In this document: piece after piece, positions 62,038-64,000 of the stretch
How positions within the stretch are numbered: the stretch's first letter is position 1
How the letters are laid out: every line of letters begins with the position of its first letter
Assembly: GCA_038323895.1 (NCBI GenBank)
Contig: JBBQHK010000012.1
Location: forward strand, 170-64,169
DNA length: 64,000 bases
Reading direction: 5' to 3'
From: Lysobacterales bacterium
GTDB taxonomy: Bacteria; Pseudomonadota; Gammaproteobacteria; Xanthomonadales; Xanthomonadaceae
Notes under the pieces: generated by a model
Seen by the model: the letters and a program-made list of their open reading frames with translations, nothing else
Told to the model about the DNA's origin: nothing
Database searches by the model: none
Program-made: the position numbers and the translations under genes

Positions 62038-62791
62038 GTGCATGGTGCAATTCGTGATCGGCGGCGTGCAGAAAGGTGGCACCACCGCGCTGGCACGCTA
62101 CCTGGGCACGCAACCCGGCCTACTCCTGCCGAGCGACAAGGAAGCTCACGTCTTCGATGCGGCCGATTTCGACGATGGCGCAACCAACGCGTTGATCGAT
62201 GCCCGGTATGCGCCCTTGTTCAACCCCGCAATTGACCGGGTCCTGCATGGTGATGCAACGCCCATCTATCTGTTCCTGCCGCAGGCTATCGCGCGCATCG
62301 CACGCTATAACTCAGCGATGCGCTGGATCGTGCTGTTGCGCGACCCGGTCGAGCGCGCGGTGTCGCACCACCACATGGAACGCAAACGCGGGCAGGAGCA
62401 CTGGCCTTTACCGGTAGCCCTGCTGCTGGAAGCACATCGCCTGCGCCGCGATGGCAACAACCTCAACCTTCATTCCTCCGTGCGCCTGCACAGCTATCGC
62501 GCGCGCGGCGACTACGCACGTCAGCTCGAAGATCTGTTCGCCCACTTTCCGCGCGACCAGGTGCTGCTGCTGAGCAGCGACGAATTGCTTGCGACGCCGG
62601 CACGCGTTGTGGCGCGCGCTTGCGAGTTCCTCCGCGTGCCTCCACCGAGCGCCGATGCGACCTACCTGCCCGTCTTCACCGGCGACTATCCACGCATTCA
62701 ACGCGGCAGCCTGCGCTGGAGACTGCTGCGTTGGTGGTTCAGGCGCGAACTGGGTGCCATGCGTGAACGCTACGGAGTGCGCTTTGACTAA
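62018..62791 (+). CDS. PAPS-dependent sulfotransferase
   Basis: IGGVQKGGTTAL (5'-PSB), KEAHVFD, GDATPIY, LRDPVERAVS (3'-PB). Confidence 0.85.
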   Translation: MTSTPPECMVQFVIGGVQKGGTTALARYLGTQPGLLLPSDKEAHVFDAADFDDGATNALIDARYAPLFNPAIDRVLHGDATPIYLFLPQAIARIARYNSAMRWIVLLRDPVERAVSHHHMERKRGQEHWPLPVALLLEAHRLRRDGNNLNLHSSVRLHSYRARGDYARQLEDLFAHFPRDQVLLLSSDELLATPARVVARACEFLRVPPPSADATYLPVFTGDYPRIQRGSLRWRLLRWWFRRELGAMRERYGVRFD

Positions 62792-62825
62792 CCGCGATGA
62801 CGCAGTTGCGAACAACCAATAGCGA

Positions 62826-63986
62826 TCAACGCAAGGCGTTATCCAGATCCGCACGCAGGTCGGCAGCATCCTCGATTCCGACGCTGAGCCGCACCAGCTC
62901 GTCGCCGATTCCCAGCGCGGCGCGGCGGTCGGGAGGAATCGAGGCATGGGTCATCACCGCCGGGTGATTGACCAGCGATTCCACCCCGCCGAGTGATTCG
63001 GCAAGGGTGAACAGCTCAAGTCGCTCGCAGAAACACTTGGCGGCCTCGAAGCCACCCTTGAGCCGGATCGAGAGCATGCCGCCGTAGTCGTCCATCTGCC
63101 GAGCGGCGAGCGCGTGGTGCGGGTGCGACGACAGTCCGGGATGGATCACCTCGCCGACTGCGGCATGCGTCTGCAACCATTGCGCCAGCGCCAGCGCGTT
63201 CTGGCAATGCGCGCGCATGCGCAGGTGCAGGGTCTTCAGGCCACGCAATGCCAGGAAGCTGTCGAACGGCCCCTGCACCGCGCCCACCGAGTTCTGCAGG
63301 AAGGCCAGCTGTTCGCCGAGATCGGCGTCGTCGCCCACCACCAGAATGCCGCCGACCATGTCCGAATGACCGTTGAGGTATTTGGTCGCCGAATGCATGA
63401 CGATGTCGGCACCGTGCTCCAGCGGGCGCTGCAGGATCGGCGAGGCGAAGGTGTTGTCGACCGCAACCAGCAGCCCGTGCTTCTTTGCGATGGTGGCGAT
63501 CGCGGCGATGTCGACGATCTTCAGCAGCGGATTGGTCGGGGTTTCGATCCAGACCAGTTTTGTTCGCGGCGTGATCGCGGCCTCGAACGCGGCGGCATCG
63601 GTCAGGTCGACGAAACTGAAGTCGAGTGAGGCGCTGCGCCGGCGCACGCCTTCGAACAGGCGATAACTGCCGCCGTAGATATCGTCCATCGCGATGACGT
63701 GGTCGCCGCTGTCGAGCAGCTCCAGCAAGGTCGATGTCGCCGCCAGCCCCGACGCGAACGCAAACGCGCGGCTGCCGCCTTCCAGCGACGCGATGCAGCG
63801 CTCATACGCGAACCTGGTCGGGTTATGGGTGCGCGAATACTCGAAGCCCTGGTGGACGCCCGGGCTGGACTGCGCGTAGGTGCTGGTCGCGTAGATCGGC
63901 GGCATCACCGCGCCGGTGCTCGGATCCGGCGATTGGCCGCCGTGGATGGCGCGCGTGGCGAGCGCCAGGTGCTTGTCGTCGCTCAT
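62826..63986 (-). CDS. metB: Cystathionine gamma-synthase/lyase
   Basis: YSRTHNPT, ETPTNP, DNTF, HSATKYLNGHSD (PLP lysine), AESLGGVES, RLSVGIE. Confidence 0.92.
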   Translation of the reverse strand: MSDDKHLALATRAIHGGQSPDPSTGAVMPPIYATSTYAQSSPGVHQGFEYSRTHNPTRFAYERCIASLEGGSRAFAFASGLAATSTLLELLDSGDHVIAMDDIYGGSYRLFEGVRRRSASLDFSFVDLTDAAAFEAAITPRTKLVWIETPTNPLLKIVDIAAIATIAKKHGLLVAVDNTFASPILQRPLEHGADIVMHSATKYLNGHSDMVGGILVVGDDADLGEQLAFLQNSVGAVQGPFDSFLALRGLKTLHLRMRAHCQNALALAQWLQTHAAVGEVIHPGLSSHPHHALAARQMDDYGGMLSIRLKGGFEAAKCFCERLELFTLAESLGGVESLVNHPAVMTHASIPPDRRAALGIGDELVRLSVGIEDAADLRADLDNALR

Positions 63987-64000
63987 TGCGGAATATCCCT

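Noticed and set aside
1-64000. tRNA, rRNA, transposase, prophage or anti-phage defence genes
   Set aside because: None recognised by eye; tRNAscan-SE, Infernal and HMM searches would be needed to exclude divergent ones

Overview
GC-rich chromosomal window whose gene content and order look like Xanthomonadaceae/Lysobacteraceae (inferred, no database search). The left half (1-31.7 kb) is core genome: purL, dsbC, xerD, RDD, lptGF, pepA, holC, valS, rimI, pssA, proS, H-NS, an MlaE/F/D-type ABC system, ETF-QO, scoAB and etfBA. It also holds a few oddities: a doubled valS-3'/rimI-3' junction carrying two cargo genes, a likely unannotated holD, and palindromic repeats, one inserted in frame in purL. 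The right half (31.7-62.8 kb) fills the etfA-metB slot, which in Xanthomonas holds the variable LPS O-antigen cluster. Here it contains a 641-aa secreted Asn/Thr/Gly-rich protein with S-layer-like features, a type II secretion cluster (E-F-G-H-I-J-K-L-M-C/N-D), and a Wzm/Wzt exporter split around the S-layer-like gene. It also encodes a 1407-aa glycan synthase with a 28-residue tandem-repeat coiled coil, a GDP-heptose pathway, a polyprenyl-phosphate/flippase/double GT-C glycosylation module, two methyltransferases and a sulfotransferase. The best candidate for an undescribed system is this co-located S-layer, dedicated T2SS and glycan locus. The S-layer call is inference from composition and context.
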